Assembly: GCA_964291215.2 (NCBI GenBank)
Contig: OZ219791.1
Location: 1,184,001-1,248,000, forward strand
Direction of reading: 5' to 3'
From: Alphaproteobacteria bacterium
GTDB taxonomy: Bacteria; Pseudomonadota; Alphaproteobacteria; MPNO01; UBA830
DNA: 64,000 nucleotides
The translations under genes and the position numbers were made by a program. Shown here piece after piece: positions 30,523-41,679 of the stretch (the first letter of the stretch is position 1; each line of letters begins with the position of its first letter). The notes beneath the pieces were generated by a model. The model was not told the origin of the DNA, made no database searches, and saw nothing but the letters and a program-made list of their open reading frames with translations.

Positions 30523-31734
30523 GGATTACGCAACCTGATGTCTGGAAATTGTCGTGAAGCTGATCGAGCTGTTCCCATTTGATCTTGGTTTCGGTTTCCC
30601 ATTTTTCGTCGATGAGGACCGCGGTTGAGAAGCGCTCCAACGAGGCGAGGTTCGGAAAGACCCTGACTTTGGAGGTGCGCCGCTTGAGCTCTTGCTGGAT
30701 CGGTCGCTCGATGCCGTTCGAGGTTCGCATGCGCTTGCGGTGAGCATCGGGCAAGGTGAAGACAGCGAGCCCCGCATTGTTTTCCAGCCAGGAAGCCTGG
30801 ATGCTTGTCGCTGGCCACGAGGGCGCCCAGTTCAGCCTCGGCGGTTTGGAGTGAGGAGGCGTGGCTCCGAGCTGTTTTCCAATACGTTTTCTGATGTCGT
30901 TGTTCGGTGCACGGCGTTTTGCGCCAGGTGGAATTGGCAGCGCTGCCATGTCGCCGCGCCCAGCACCGTGCCGCTTTCAACCCGGCATCCGAGACGATGA
31001 AGGTCGTACCATGCAGGGCTAGCAAGCTTTCCAGGAAGGCTCTCCAATGGACCTCGGCCTCAGAGAGCGCCACAGAGAGCCCCAGAACGTGCCTGCAGCC
31101 CCTATTCCGATGGCCGAGAGCACTGCGACATCGCGCACAACGCCGTCATGGCGGGCTTTTTCGTAGCGCGCATCCAGGTATTTCATCAGGGGCCGGTTGC
31201 GCGGCGAGTTCTTCATCGAGCAACCTGGTGGCCCCTGAGAAGAGGACAGGCTCCCGAACTTGCGCATTACATCCTGCCGTGTGGAAACACCCTTGATGTA
31301 CATCTCGGCTACGGCGCGAGAAGATCGCTGGCCGCGTTCAAGCGACTGGGGACGGATCGTCCCCGTGACCGTTTGGCACCTGAACGGTAACAGTGGGGGT
31401 GTTGATCCGCTTGTAGCCGTTGGCCCTGTCGCTCCGGTGTCCGGTGGCCCGCTTTCAAGTACTGCTCGCGCTCGATTTGCATCGCAAGCTCGAAGAGCTA
31501 GCCAAAGACCCGCCCCAGATCCGTTGCTCCGTTTGCGATCAGATGTTCCAAAACAGTCCCGATCGTCGTAGTGTGTCGCAGGTCTATTCGCTTTCTCCAT
31601 GAATGTTTTGCAACTCCATGGGATAGTACGATGGCGCCGCGTTTCACTGGGGGGCTAGCCTCCCCCCCCCCCCCCAGTGAAACGCCTCAAAGCGCAAACC
31701 TCAGACAAATTTCCAGACATCAAGTTACAGTACC
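30523..31734 (-). mobile_element. IS256-family element, copy 1 (degraded)
   Basis: IRs sharing TGATGTCTGGAAATT; fragments AEMYIKGVSTR, YLDARYEK, WQRCQFH, RTSNGIER..QELKRRT. Confidence 0.9.
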
Positions 31735-31737
31735 TGC

Positions 31738-32432
31738 CATTAATTCCGGCCGGGTCCTGTGGACATTTCAGAGCGCCCTGTGGAGGCAAAGGAACGGATC
31801 GGCGACTGGGAGCCATCATCGGCAAAGCTCACAGTGGAGCTGTCGCTGGTTGATCGTGCCACGAAATACGCCTTGCTGGGTGGACAGAAAGACACGGTCG
31901 GTTCGGTCATGATCCGCCTGCTCGGCTCTGGTGCGCTATTGGTCCACACAATCACAACGGCAAGGAGTTCGCAGACCACAGGCGTGTCGCACTTGACGCA
32001 GATTTCTTCTTCGCCTTTCCATTCTTGGGAGCGCGGCTTGAATGAGCACACCAACGGCCTGGTGCGGGAGTACTTCCCGAAGGGCACGGACTTTCGCGCG
32101 ACATGCAACGAAGATGTTCAGAAGGTGCGGCTCAACACTCGGAAAGTCCTGGGATCGCCGACGGAGGTAATCTTGAAGTGAAACCGCCCTGACCATCTGC
32201 GTTCCAAAGCCGCAACGTGCAGCAGGGTCCATGCCGCGCGACGGCGGAATAGTGGCTTGAAGCCGACAAAGGCGTTGCATAAGCTCGATGTTGAAGGAAC
32301 TGAAGCTGTTCCCAGGCGGAATCGAGAGGGGCAGAGGGGAAAAATTTGTGCAACACCCGGCCCTCATCTCCGTTCGGGCTACGCCCTCACTGCGATGAGG
32401 GCCGGGTGTTGCACTTCAGACTGGAAGTGGGG
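31738..32432 (+). mobile_element. IS30-family element, 3' half (degraded)
   Basis: IGDWE, HSWERGLNEHTNGLVREYFPKG; right IR GTTGCACTTCAGACTGGAAGTGGGG. Confidence 0.9.
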
Positions 32433-32560
32433 ACAAAAAAATCAAGCGATTTTATATTTTTTCGCAGGCGCTAGCTAACGCCATCCACACTCCTGACATT
32501 CCTATCTTGGCGTTCACCTGACACCGCGGCCCCGCATTCCTGCCGGACCGCGGCGAATAT

Positions 32561-34111
32561 TCAGCCGTCGCTATCGGCGAACACTTTCCGGTAAATCGCT
32601 TCGGTGCGCGCGGCTTCTTCGTCCGTCAGGGCGGCGAATTCCTTTTCTCGTGCTCGGCGGGATAGAGCCCCACTATTCTGGTGCAGGAACCGAAATAGAA
32701 GGTCTGACAGCCGCTCGGGCATATCGACGATCAGGTTGAGCTCATTCCGAAACGCATCGTACCGCTTCAGAAATCCGGCTTCGTCCGGCAGGTCGTGCTC
32801 GATGGTCCGCTGCACGCAGCCGTAAAGGAATTCCGTTTGAGGCGTGGCATCAAAATACCGGTAGAAATCGCTGGTGTCATTCAGCACCCGAACATTGCCG
32901 TCTTCCGTCGGTTCCCAGTTCACGACCGGCAGCAGGCGCTGCGAATAATCTTCAAGCGCGGCGCGGTAGTCGTCGATCCGGTCCAGGATCGTCGCCGATA
33001 CTGGAAAAACTATGCCGGGCGGGTTAAAGCCGCGCTGGGCCAGAACATGATGGATCAGGTACCGGTGCAGCCGGCCGTTGCCGTCTTCGAAAGGATGGAT
33101 ATACACAAAGCCGAAGGCTAGAACCGCCGAGACGACAACCGGATCGAGTTGCTGCGCGGCCTGGCGATCGAAGGCGACTATGCCATCTATGATCCCGGCC
33201 AGATCATCCGGCCGCGCACTGATGTGGTCCGGGATCGGCATGCCCGTTTCACGGTCGCGTTCCCCGACAAAACCGCCTTCCGTCCGCAGGCCTAGATGGA
33301 CGAAGCGGGCATCACCGATCACGATGCGTTGCAGGCGCAGCAGTTCGTCAAGATCGATTGGCTGCCGGCCGGCTTGGCCGATGGCGCGGCCCCAGCGCTG
33401 GATGCGGTCTTGTGGCGGATGCTCGCCTTCGATCGCGAAACTCGACTTCGAATCCTTGACCAGCAGGAAAGCCGCCGTGCGCGCCAGCAGATCGCGCGGC
33501 ACGGCGGCGACGACATCCTGAGCGCGCGTGTGCAGGTCCATGGCGATCAAGCGCTCCAGTGCTTCCGTACGGAACACCAAAGGGCAGAACGCTGGCGTGC
33601 CGGGCAGGTTGTTCTTGACCCGGTGCCGGGACGAGGTCTCTGCGGGGGCCGTATATTGCTGGTCTGGATCGACGATAAGCGCATAGGCCCCGCGATCGGC
33701 GTTCGGCAAATCGAGCTGCGTTCCCATCAGCCATTCATAGAGGAACCAGATGCGCCGGGCGTAGGCGCCAGTGGGCTTGGCCTTGACCAGACCTGCGACG
33801 GGGGCCGGGCCGGTTGCGGCAAACAGCCTCTTCAGTATGGCTAAGTCGAGCCCTTCGTATTTCAGTGCGAAGGTCAGGTGTCCTTCCAGACTCGCTTCCG
33901 GTGCATAGCGCGGTGAGTAGATGCGCCAGCCGCCTTCCTCCAAGAGCCTGTGCCGCTCACCGGTAGCGCATAAGGTGCGTGGGAGCGGCACGGGGAGATC
34001 GTAGCTTCCGATCAGCGCGGCGTAGCCCGCTGGCGTCGCGGTCACGGGGAGGCGCCGTTCATGAAAAACGGTAACGGGACCTGAAAGACGATTCTGGGCA
34101 GAGGCGTCCAT
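32561..34111 (-). CDS. Fic-domain protein (long form)
   Basis: Fic motif HPFEDGNGRLHR; SSFAIEGE; intact ORF of about 516 aa (start could be 12 codons earlier). Confidence 0.92.
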   Translation of the reverse strand: MDASAQNRLSGPVTVFHERRLPVTATPAGYAALIGSYDLPVPLPRTLCATGERHRLLEEGGWRIYSPRYAPEASLEGHLTFALKYEGLDLAILKRLFAATGPAPVAGLVKAKPTGAYARRIWFLYEWLMGTQLDLPNADRGAYALIVDPDQQYTAPAETSSRHRVKNNLPGTPAFCPLVFRTEALERLIAMDLHTRAQDVVAAVPRDLLARTAAFLLVKDSKSSFAIEGEHPPQDRIQRWGRAIGQAGRQPIDLDELLRLQRIVIGDARFVHLGLRTEGGFVGERDRETGMPIPDHISARPDDLAGIIDGIVAFDRQAAQQLDPVVVSAVLAFGFVYIHPFEDGNGRLHRYLIHHVLAQRGFNPPGIVFPVSATILDRIDDYRAALEDYSQRLLPVVNWEPTEDGNVRVLNDTSDFYRYFDATPQTEFLYGCVQRTIEHDLPDEAGFLKRYDAFRNELNLIVDMPERLSDLLFRFLHQNSGALSRRAREKEFAALTDEEAARTEAIYRKVFADSDG

Positions 34112-34220
34112 GCTTAAACTGTTTTCCATCCTGCGGTGGGGCTGCACAAGCGCCCGTTTCGTGAAAAATCATACCTTTTGAGGAAAAACGATAACATATT
34201 CTTGAAGTGACGAAAAACAA

Positions 34221-35408
34221 CCCCCGTTCCATAGTGAAGTGCAACACATGATGGGCTGTGGCCATGTGTTTTTAGACGCATGATGTTGCGGAGCTGTCCA
34301 GCAGCGGCGAGAGTTCCTGTACAAGATGGAGGGAGCTTGTTCATGTCCAAAGGCTACCGTCACCTGCGAAGAGCGATGTCAGATTGAGGCAGAAAAGCGG
34401 TCTTTCACAAGGTGCGATTGCTCGGCAGCTGGGCCGATCAACAATTTTCCGGGAGATCAAGCGCAACACCGGGGGACGGGGTTACCGTCACAAGCAGGCG
34501 CAAAGGATGGCAGAAACGCAGGGCAGCCTCGTCTGTTTCCTGGCGGTTGACGCCTCGGGTTGAAGCTCAGAAAAAGCTGCGGGAGGGCCCCGAGCAGCGG
34601 CCGTTTTCGACTGGAAGGCCGTGGGTCGGCAACGGATTCATGATCGCCGAAGATCGGAGAGCCGGGGGCGTCTTGAAGCTTCGGCGGCGCGGCAAGAAGC
34701 CGAACTGGAAGGACGGATGCCATTCCGGCCGGGTGGACATTTCCGAGCGCCCTGCGGAGGCAAAGGAACGGGTCGGCGACTGGGAGCCATCATCGGCAAA
34801 GCTCACAGTGGAGCTGTCGTGTCGCTCGTGCCACGAAATACGCCTTGCTGGGTGGACAGAAAGACACGGTTGGTTCGGTCATGATGCTCGGCTCTGGTGC
34901 GCTATTGGTCCACACAATCACAACGGCAAGGAGTTCGCAGACCACAGGCGTGTCGCACTTGACGCAGATTTCTTCTTCGCCTTTCCATTCTTGGGAGCGC
35001 GGCTTGAATGAGCACACCAACGGCCTGGTGCGGGAGTACTTCCCGAAGGGCACGGACTTTCGCGCGACATGCAACGAAGATGTTCAGAAGGTACAGGATC
35101 GGCTCAACACTCGGAAAGTCCTGGGATCGCCGACGGAGGTAATCTTGAAGTGAAACCGTCCTGACCATCTGCGCCATGTTCCGCAGCCGCAACGTGCAGC
35201 AGGGTCCATGCTGCGCGACGGCGAAATAGTGGCTTGAAGCTGACAAAGGCGTTGCATAAGCTCGATGTTGAAGGAACTGAAGCTGTTCTCAGGCGGAATC
35301 GAGAGGGGCAGAGGGGGAAAATTTGTGCAACATCCGGCCCTCATCTCCGTTCGGGCTACGCCCTCACTGCGATGGGGCCGGATGTTGCACTTCAGACTGG
35401 AAATGGGG
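34221..35408 (+). mobile_element. IS30-family element (degraded, both ends present)
   Basis: Left IR CCCCCGTTCCATAGTGAAGTGCAACAC; right IR inverse-similar; IS30 DDE fragments. Confidence 0.92.
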
Positions 35409-35488
35409 GGAGGAATAGGCCTAGCAAGAGGCTGTTTTGGTATGAAGCAGCCTGCCGGGAGCTTTTTTGCTTTTCCTACGGGCCAGTT

Positions 35489-35537
35489 TGTGACAAAATA
35501 TCGGAAGATAGAGCCTAACGACCGACGTTTTGTCACA
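35489..35537. promoter_or_regulatory. Inverted-repeat operator upstream of abiEi
   Basis: TGTGACAAAATATCGG-17 nt-CCGACGTTTTGTCACA (14/16 match) abutting the ATG; AbiEi proteins autorepress through such IRs. Confidence 0.7.
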
Positions 35538-36163
35538 TGGCCGCTATAGCCGAGATATCACAGAGAGACCAGGCCGTCGAGCTTCTCAAAGAACGCGGCG
35601 CAATGCGTCGCATCGAACTGAGCGACGCCGGTGTCCACCCGGAAACGCTTTCGCGGCTGGTGGAAGAGGGCGTCCTCACCCGCGTCTCCCGCGGCCTCTA
35701 TCAGCTCGCCGACGCCGACATCACGGCACCGCATGACCTGGCCGAGGTCGCGAAACGCGTACCGAAAGGGGTCATCTGCCTCATCTCAGCTCTCCAGTTC
35801 CATGAGCTCACGCTCCAAACGCCGAGCCGAGTCTGGGTTGCCATAGGTCCAAAGGCGCGAAAGCCCAAGATTGAATACCCCCCAACCCGCATCGTGAGAT
35901 TCGGAGAACAGGCGCTTTCGCTCGGCATGCAGACCCACGCTATCGACGGCGTGCCGGTGCCGATCTTCGACCCCGCCAAAACCGTCGTGGACTGTTTTCG
36001 GTTCAGGAAGCTCGTCGGTCTCGACGTTGCCCTTGAGGGCCTCCACAACGTCGTGAAGTCGGGCAAAGCCAAGCCGGCGGAGATCGTTCAATACGCCCGC
36101 GACATCCGAATCTGGTCTGTTCTGCGGCCATATCTTGAAACGGTGGTTGCCGATGGCGCGTAA
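35537..36163 (+). CDS. abiEi: Type IV toxin-antitoxin antitoxin, AbiEi family
   Basis: wHTH LSRLVEEGVLTRVSRGLY; motifs ICLISALQFHELT and KTVVDCFRFR; overlaps the downstream toxin gene. Confidence 0.9.
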   Translation: MAAIAEISQRDQAVELLKERGAMRRIELSDAGVHPETLSRLVEEGVLTRVSRGLYQLADADITAPHDLAEVAKRVPKGVICLISALQFHELTLQTPSRVWVAIGPKARKPKIEYPPTRIVRFGEQALSLGMQTHAIDGVPVPIFDPAKTVVDCFRFRKLVGLDVALEGLHNVVKSGKAKPAEIVQYARDIRIWSVLRPYLETVVADGA

Positions 36164-37076
36164 AGTAACGAATATTGCCGCTTCGGTACGCGCGCGGCTT
36201 CAAAACATCGCCAAGCAGAAGCAGGCAAATTTCCAGCGGATGCTTACGCGCTACGCCCTGGAACGGCTTCTCTTCCGCCTAAGCGTCTCACCCCACAAAG
36301 ATCGCTTCGTTCTCAAAGGCGCCATGCTTTATGCCGCTTGGCTCGAAGACCCATTCCGAATGACGCGCGACCTAGACCTTCTTTCCTTTGGCAATCGCGA
36401 AGCCGAGCGCCTTGTCGGGATCTTCCGCGAGATTTGCGTTCAAGCGGTTGAAGAAGACGGGCTGAGCTTCGATACTGTGCACATTGCCGCGGAGCCAATT
36501 CGCGACGATCAAACCTATGGAGGCGTTCGGTTGCGAACATCGGCGCGCCTCGGCACCGCCGTCATCCCGATCCAGATCGATATCGGTTTTGGCGATGTCG
36601 TGACACCTGGTCCATCGGAGCTCGAATATCCGGTTCTTCTCGACCATCAGGTCCCCAAGCTCAACGCCTATCCGCGTGAAACGGTGGCTGCCGAGAAGTT
36701 CGAGGCTATGGTCGCGCTCGATCTCGCGAACAGCCGGATGAAAGACTTCTACGACTTTCTTGCGATGTCGCGGCTTTTCACCTTTGAAGGTGCGGTCCTC
36801 GCCGCGGCGATCCGCGCCACATTCGAAAGGCGCACGACGCCGGTCCCACGCGAACGTCCCCCCTCGTTCACCGGCGCCTTTTCGGACGATCCACAAAAGG
36901 CGCAGCAATGGCGATCCTTCCTCGCCCGCGAGCCGCTACTGATCGACGAGCCAGATTGGCCGACAGTCATTCGCGAGATCGGTGACTTTATCATGCCGGC
37001 AGCTCATGGAGCCATTGACGACAGCCACGTGCCGGGCCGTTGGTCTCCAGATGGTGGCTGGAGATCCGCCACATGA
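36153..37076 (+). CDS. abiEii: AbiEii-family nucleotidyltransferase toxin
   Basis: Motifs ERLLFRL, FVLKGAML, RMTRDLD, AEKFEA, SRMKDFYD. Confidence 0.92.
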   Translation: MARKVTNIAASVRARLQNIAKQKQANFQRMLTRYALERLLFRLSVSPHKDRFVLKGAMLYAAWLEDPFRMTRDLDLLSFGNREAERLVGIFREICVQAVEEDGLSFDTVHIAAEPIRDDQTYGGVRLRTSARLGTAVIPIQIDIGFGDVVTPGPSELEYPVLLDHQVPKLNAYPRETVAAEKFEAMVALDLANSRMKDFYDFLAMSRLFTFEGAVLAAAIRATFERRTTPVPRERPPSFTGAFSDDPQKAQQWRSFLAREPLLIDEPDWPTVIREIGDFIMPAAHGAIDDSHVPGRWSPDGGWRSAT

Positions 37077-37144
37077 CAGAGGCCACCCGCGACGCCATCT
37101 TCATTAGCCACGCCAAGCCGAAGGATAATATGTTTACCGCTTAG
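37073..37144 (+). pseudogene. N-terminal remnant of a TIR-domain protein
   Basis: ATGA overlap with abiEii; reads MTEATRDAIFISHAKPKDNMFTA-stop (TIR box1 FISH). Confidence 0.6.
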
Positions 37145-37261
37145 CTGCCGGCGGTGATCGCATTATCAATTGGCAGCGGTCGGCGTGATCCGATTATGCC
37201 ATGTTGCGAAAAAGCTAAGTGACTGCTCTCAGAAGCGTCATATCGGCGAAGACGATCTGGC

Positions 37262-38241
37262 TCACGCCGAACGCGGCAGTTCGGTCTTCGACAGCTTGGT
37301 CAAAGCTGAGTCGATCAAACTCACAGCTTCCTCAACATCCCGATCCGTCGTATCGAAATCGAGACTGAAGCGGATGGAGGATTCTGCCTCATCTACATCC
37401 AGCCCGATGGCCCTCAGTGCATGTGACTGCTCGGGAATCCCGCTTGTGCACGCGGAACCAGTTGATGCCGCCAATCGTGGGTGCAAAGTGCCGAGAATGT
37501 CATGCGCCGAATGCCCGATAAACTGGATATTGGCATTACCCGGATGGCGGGGATGCCCGACAGGACCGTTGACCGCTATCGGCCACGACAGATTGTCCAA
37601 CTTATCGATGAATTCATCACGATGTTTCCGCAGCAGTATGCGCTTTTCTTCTGCAGTCTCGCTGGCGCACATGAGTGCCGCAGCGCCCATTCCAACGCAA
37701 AGCGGCGTTGGCAATGTTCCGGAGCGAAGGCCGTTTTGCTGGCCGCCGCCATAGATAAGCGGCTCGATTTGATCTTGTAAGTTGCGCGAAATGTATATGG
37801 CTCCAACTCCTTTAGGGCCTTACATCTTGTGCGACGATAAGCAGAGATATCCGTGTGTTCTCCAAATGACGTCATTGCCACCGCAATAAGAGATTGCGCA
37901 TAATCACAATAAAAAATGGCTATATTTCTTATAAAAATTCCAGATATTTCCTTAATATTTTTTAATTATCCCGATCTCGTTATTGAATGCCATAATCGAT
38001 ACGGCGAGAACATCATCGCGCATCGCTTGTTCGAAGGCTGAGATCTTTATGAAACCTTCGCGATCGACAGGAATCTTCTCGACTGAGTAGCCGTACTGTT
38101 CCTCAAGGACTCTTCCGGCGGCGAGCACGCACTTATGCTCGGTCGCGCTGATTAAGATGCGGCGGCGCTTGCCTCCAGTCGCACGGCGGCCGAGGCCCAG
38201 CAGGGCGAGATTATTGGCCTCGGTTGCCCCCGAGGTGAAGA
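37262..38241 (-). pseudogene. Cysteine desulfurase (IscS/DndA-like), 5'-truncated by IS30, with frameshifts and a nonsense codon
   Basis: FTSGATEANN, EHKCV, NNEIG, SSHKM-stop-GPKGVGA, GGGQQNGLRSGT, STGSACTSG. Confidence 0.9.
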
Positions 38242-39436
38242 CCCCCGTTCCATAGTGAAGTGCAACACATGATGGGCTGTGTCCATGTGTTTTTAGACGC
38301 ATGATGTTGCGGAGCGGTAGCGGCGAGAGTTCCTGTACAAGATGAAGGGAGCTTGTTCATGTCCAAAGGCTACCGTCACCTACGAAGAGCGATGTCAGAT
38401 TGAGGCAGAAAAGCGGTCTTTCACGAGGTGCGATTGCTCGGCAGCTGGGCCGATCAACAATTTTCCGGGAGATCAAGCGCAACACCGGGGGACGGGGTTA
38501 CCGTCACAAGCAGGCGCAAAGGATGGCAGAAACGCGCCGCAGGGCCGCCTTGTCTGTTTCTTGGCGGTTGACGCCTCGGGCTGAAGCTCAGAAAAAGCTG
38601 CGGGAGGGCCCCGAGCAGCGGCCGTTTTCGACTGGAGGGCCGTGGGTTGGCAACGGATCCATGATCGCCGAAGATCGGAGAGCCGGGGCGTCTTGTGGAA
38701 GAAGCTTCGGCGGCGCGGCAAGAAGCCGAACTGGAAGGGCGGATGCCATTCCGGCCGGGTGGACATTTCCGAGCGCCCTGCGGAGGCAAAGGAACGGATC
38801 GGCGACTGGGAGCCATCATCGGCAAAGCTCACAGTGGAGCTGTCGTGTCGCTCGTGCCACGAAATACGCCTTGCTGGGTGGACAGAAAGACACGGTCAGT
38901 TCGGTCATGATCCGCCTGCTCGGCTCTGGTGCGCTATTGGTCCACACAATCACAACGGCAAGGAGTTCGCAGACCACAGGCGTGTCGCACTTGACGCAGA
39001 TTTCTTCTTCGCCTTTCCATTCTTGGGAGCGCGGCTTGAATGAGCACACCAACGGCCTGGTGCGGGAGTACTTCCCGAAGGGCACGGACTTTCGCGCGAC
39101 ATGCAACGAAGATGTTCAGAAGGTGCAGGATTGGCTCAACACTCGGAAAGTCCCGGGATCGCCGACGGAGGTAATCTTGAAGTGAAACCGCCCTGACCAT
39201 CTGCGTTCCAAAGCCGCAACGTGCAGCAGGGTCCATGCCGCGCGACGGGGAAATAGTGGCTTGAAGCCGACAAAGGCGTTGCATAAGCTCGATGTTGAAG
39301 GAACAGAAGCTGTTCCCAGGCGGAATCGAGAGGGGCAGAAGGGGAAAATTTGTGCAACACCCGGCCCTCATCTCCGTTCGGGCTACGCCCTCACTGCGAT
39401 GAGGGCCGGGTGTTGCACTTCAGACTGGAAGTGGGG
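38242..39436 (+). mobile_element. IS30-family element (degraded, both ends present)
   Basis: Same IRs and body as 34221-35408; HTH fragment IARQLGRSTIFREIKRN. Confidence 0.92.
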
Positions 39437-40254
39437 TGTTGTTTTCGTCCGTTTGACGGGCTTTTGTCAGGGAGTTCCAGCGTCACCCGGAGCGGTTTCG
39501 TGCACCGGGATGCGCAGTGAGGCTGGGCGAGTACTGGCGCCATGCCGTGTTTTCCGCATTGATTGCGGTTTTGTCCCGGCGCTGCGGAGGAGGAACTGAG
39601 CGCCATCCTGTGCTGGCCGCGGCCGCGCTTCGATGACGTCCGCTACCCCTTCTTCGACGACCTGCTCGAACGAGGCTTGTCGTTCTCCGCCTCAAGCGCC
39701 CTAACCCGCTCCTTCAGCGCCTTCGTCTCGGCTCTCAGGCAGGCATTCTCCATGCGCAGCGACACTACCGTCGACCGCTTCCGCGCATCAACGCCGATCT
39801 CGGCAAGAAGCCCGCCCAGACGCGCAACCTCCTGCTCCAGCGCAAGAGACTTCTTCGCCGTCCGCCGAACTTCCTTGACCTCCGCACGGGCAGCTGCCAG
39901 CTTCTCACGATTGCTCTCGAAAATCGCCTTCAGGGAATTCGTGCGGCTGCGCTCCTCCACCTCCTGCAAGCGCAACTCCTCACAGCGGCCCTCCGCCGCC
40001 TTCGTGCGGGCTTCAGCAGCCTCGGCTCGAATACGCTCGCGATCGTACCGGGACTTCCAAGTGGCCGAATCACAATACGACGACTGCGGCACATCGCCAG
40101 CGGCGTCCGCACCCGATGATGACACGAAATCCTCGGTGCTCATGACAATACACGACCTGATAGCACAGCCGAATTCCGATTACCACCCCCCTTCTCCGAA
40201 TCACCAAAATAAACCTCAGCGCTGATCGTCATCACCGCACGAACGAACGCTTAC
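39437..40254 (-). mobile_element. Second IS66-like family, internally deleted copy
   Basis: Terminus GTAAGCGTTCGTTCGTGCGGTGA on the minus strand; coiled-coil ORF at 39643-40143; 39437-39615 repeats 40290-40450. Confidence 0.7.
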
Positions 40255-40262
40255 GCACCCGT

Positions 40263-41097
40263 GTAGGCGTTCGTTCGTGCGGTGAGGTGTTGTTGTTTTC
40301 GTCCGTTTGACGGGCTTTTGTCAGGGAGTTCCAGCGTCATCTGGAGCGGTTTCGTGCACCGGGATGCGCGGTGAGGGGCACTGGCGCCATGCCGTGTTTT
40401 CCGCCTCGGTTGCGGTTTTGTCCCGGCGCTGCGGAGGAGGAGCTGAGCGCGGTCCTGTGCCGGTTGCAAGGGTCTGAGGGTCCGCTTCCAGTCCTTGCGG
40501 AGCGGGCCAGATGTCCTTCTTCGGCTTCTGTCATGTCGGTCGTGGCGGCCGCTGGTTGTTCCGACGCGGGTCCGGCAGACGCCGCGGCGCGGGACCAGGG
40601 TCTCGCAGGGCACGGGCGTGGTGTTGCAGCGCGCGGTCCATGCGGCGGTCGAGAAGCAGCGGCTCGCCGCATGGTAGCGCATCTGCGCGCCGACCAGGCG
40701 CGTGTATCCGAGGTAGTGTCAGCGGGCGACGAACTCGTTCCACAACCGACCTTCCCGGGTGCCCACGATCCGGAAGTCGGCGGGCGGAGCTCGTCGAGGG
40801 TCTTCGGGGCGGCGGCTCGGTATCCGACGTGATCAGCTTCGGGGGCTGGCAGCGGCAGAAGGCGCGGGCGATCGCCAAACGGGTCCGCTCCGTGATCGTC
40901 AGTTCGCACAGCAGCCGCATCTCCGCGACCATGAAGTCGCGCCCTCGACCTCGCCGCTCACGGCGGCGCTGCGAATCTCCGCCGTCTCTCCGGGCTCACG
41001 GCAACCAGGGCGACAGATCGCCGGGCGGCCGTTCTCCGCGCAGGCATCAAGCCAGCGCAGAATGTCGAGGCCGTTCCTCTCGACCGTGAACAGGACC
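40263..41097 (-). mobile_element. Second IS66-like family, tandem partial copy
   Basis: Terminus GTAGGCGTTCGTTCGTGCGGTGA; shares its end region with the preceding copy; body highly eroded. Confidence 0.65.
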
Positions 41098-41495
41098 GGG
41101 TGAGAGTTTCGTATGGCACAGTTGCAGGCTCAGTACCATTTGTTCATCTCACAGTGCCGGGGTGTGATTTGGGCTGATGTTGTCGTTGGCTGGTGCGTCG
41201 TCTGCACCGATCATGGCCGTCCACGCGCTCTCGAAGCGGCCGGATTTGAGCAGGGCGCGGAAGGTGATTGTCCGCCGACGATGCGCCAGCGCATGCCGGA
41301 GCGTTTCATGCGCCGTGTGACGAGGGTCTTGTTTGCCGCCTCGACAATTCCCGAGCCGGTTGCTTCAGCGCGTGGTAGCGCATGCGGTGGCGATGCTTGC
41401 GGAAGAAGGACAATTCCCTGTCGGCCCGTTGGCGCCGCGGTGTCGCGAAGGTGGCGCAGCGCCCGGATCACCCTGTCGATGCCGCGGGGGTCGTG
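41098..41495 (-). mobile_element. ISKra4-like transposase 3' remnant
   Basis: FFRKHRHRMRY and GSGIVEAANKTLVTRRMKRSGMRW. Confidence 0.75.
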
Positions 41496-41499
41496 ACAA

Positions 41500-41633
41500 A
41501 ATCCTGTCCCGAAACGGGCGATTGTCACGAAAACCCGTTTTCGCCGGTGCTTCGCGACCGCACAATCGTCTTAAATCAATGACTTGGATGCGCTATACGA
41601 GAACTGCACCCGAACCAGGGGGTGAGCAGTTAC
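41500..41633 (-). mobile_element. Isolated IS66-type end
   Basis: GAACCAGGGGGTGAGCAGTTAC is the reverse complement of the IS66-methylase left IR. Confidence 0.65.
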
Positions 41634-41679
41634 GAACTAGAAAAATACACGGCAAACCGGCAAGGTGCGGAACCTGTCA

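Noticed and set aside
37770-37975. AT-rich stretch as a foreign insertion or promoter island
   Set aside because: It translates collinearly with the desulfurase PLP-binding region, so it is reported as hypermutation instead.
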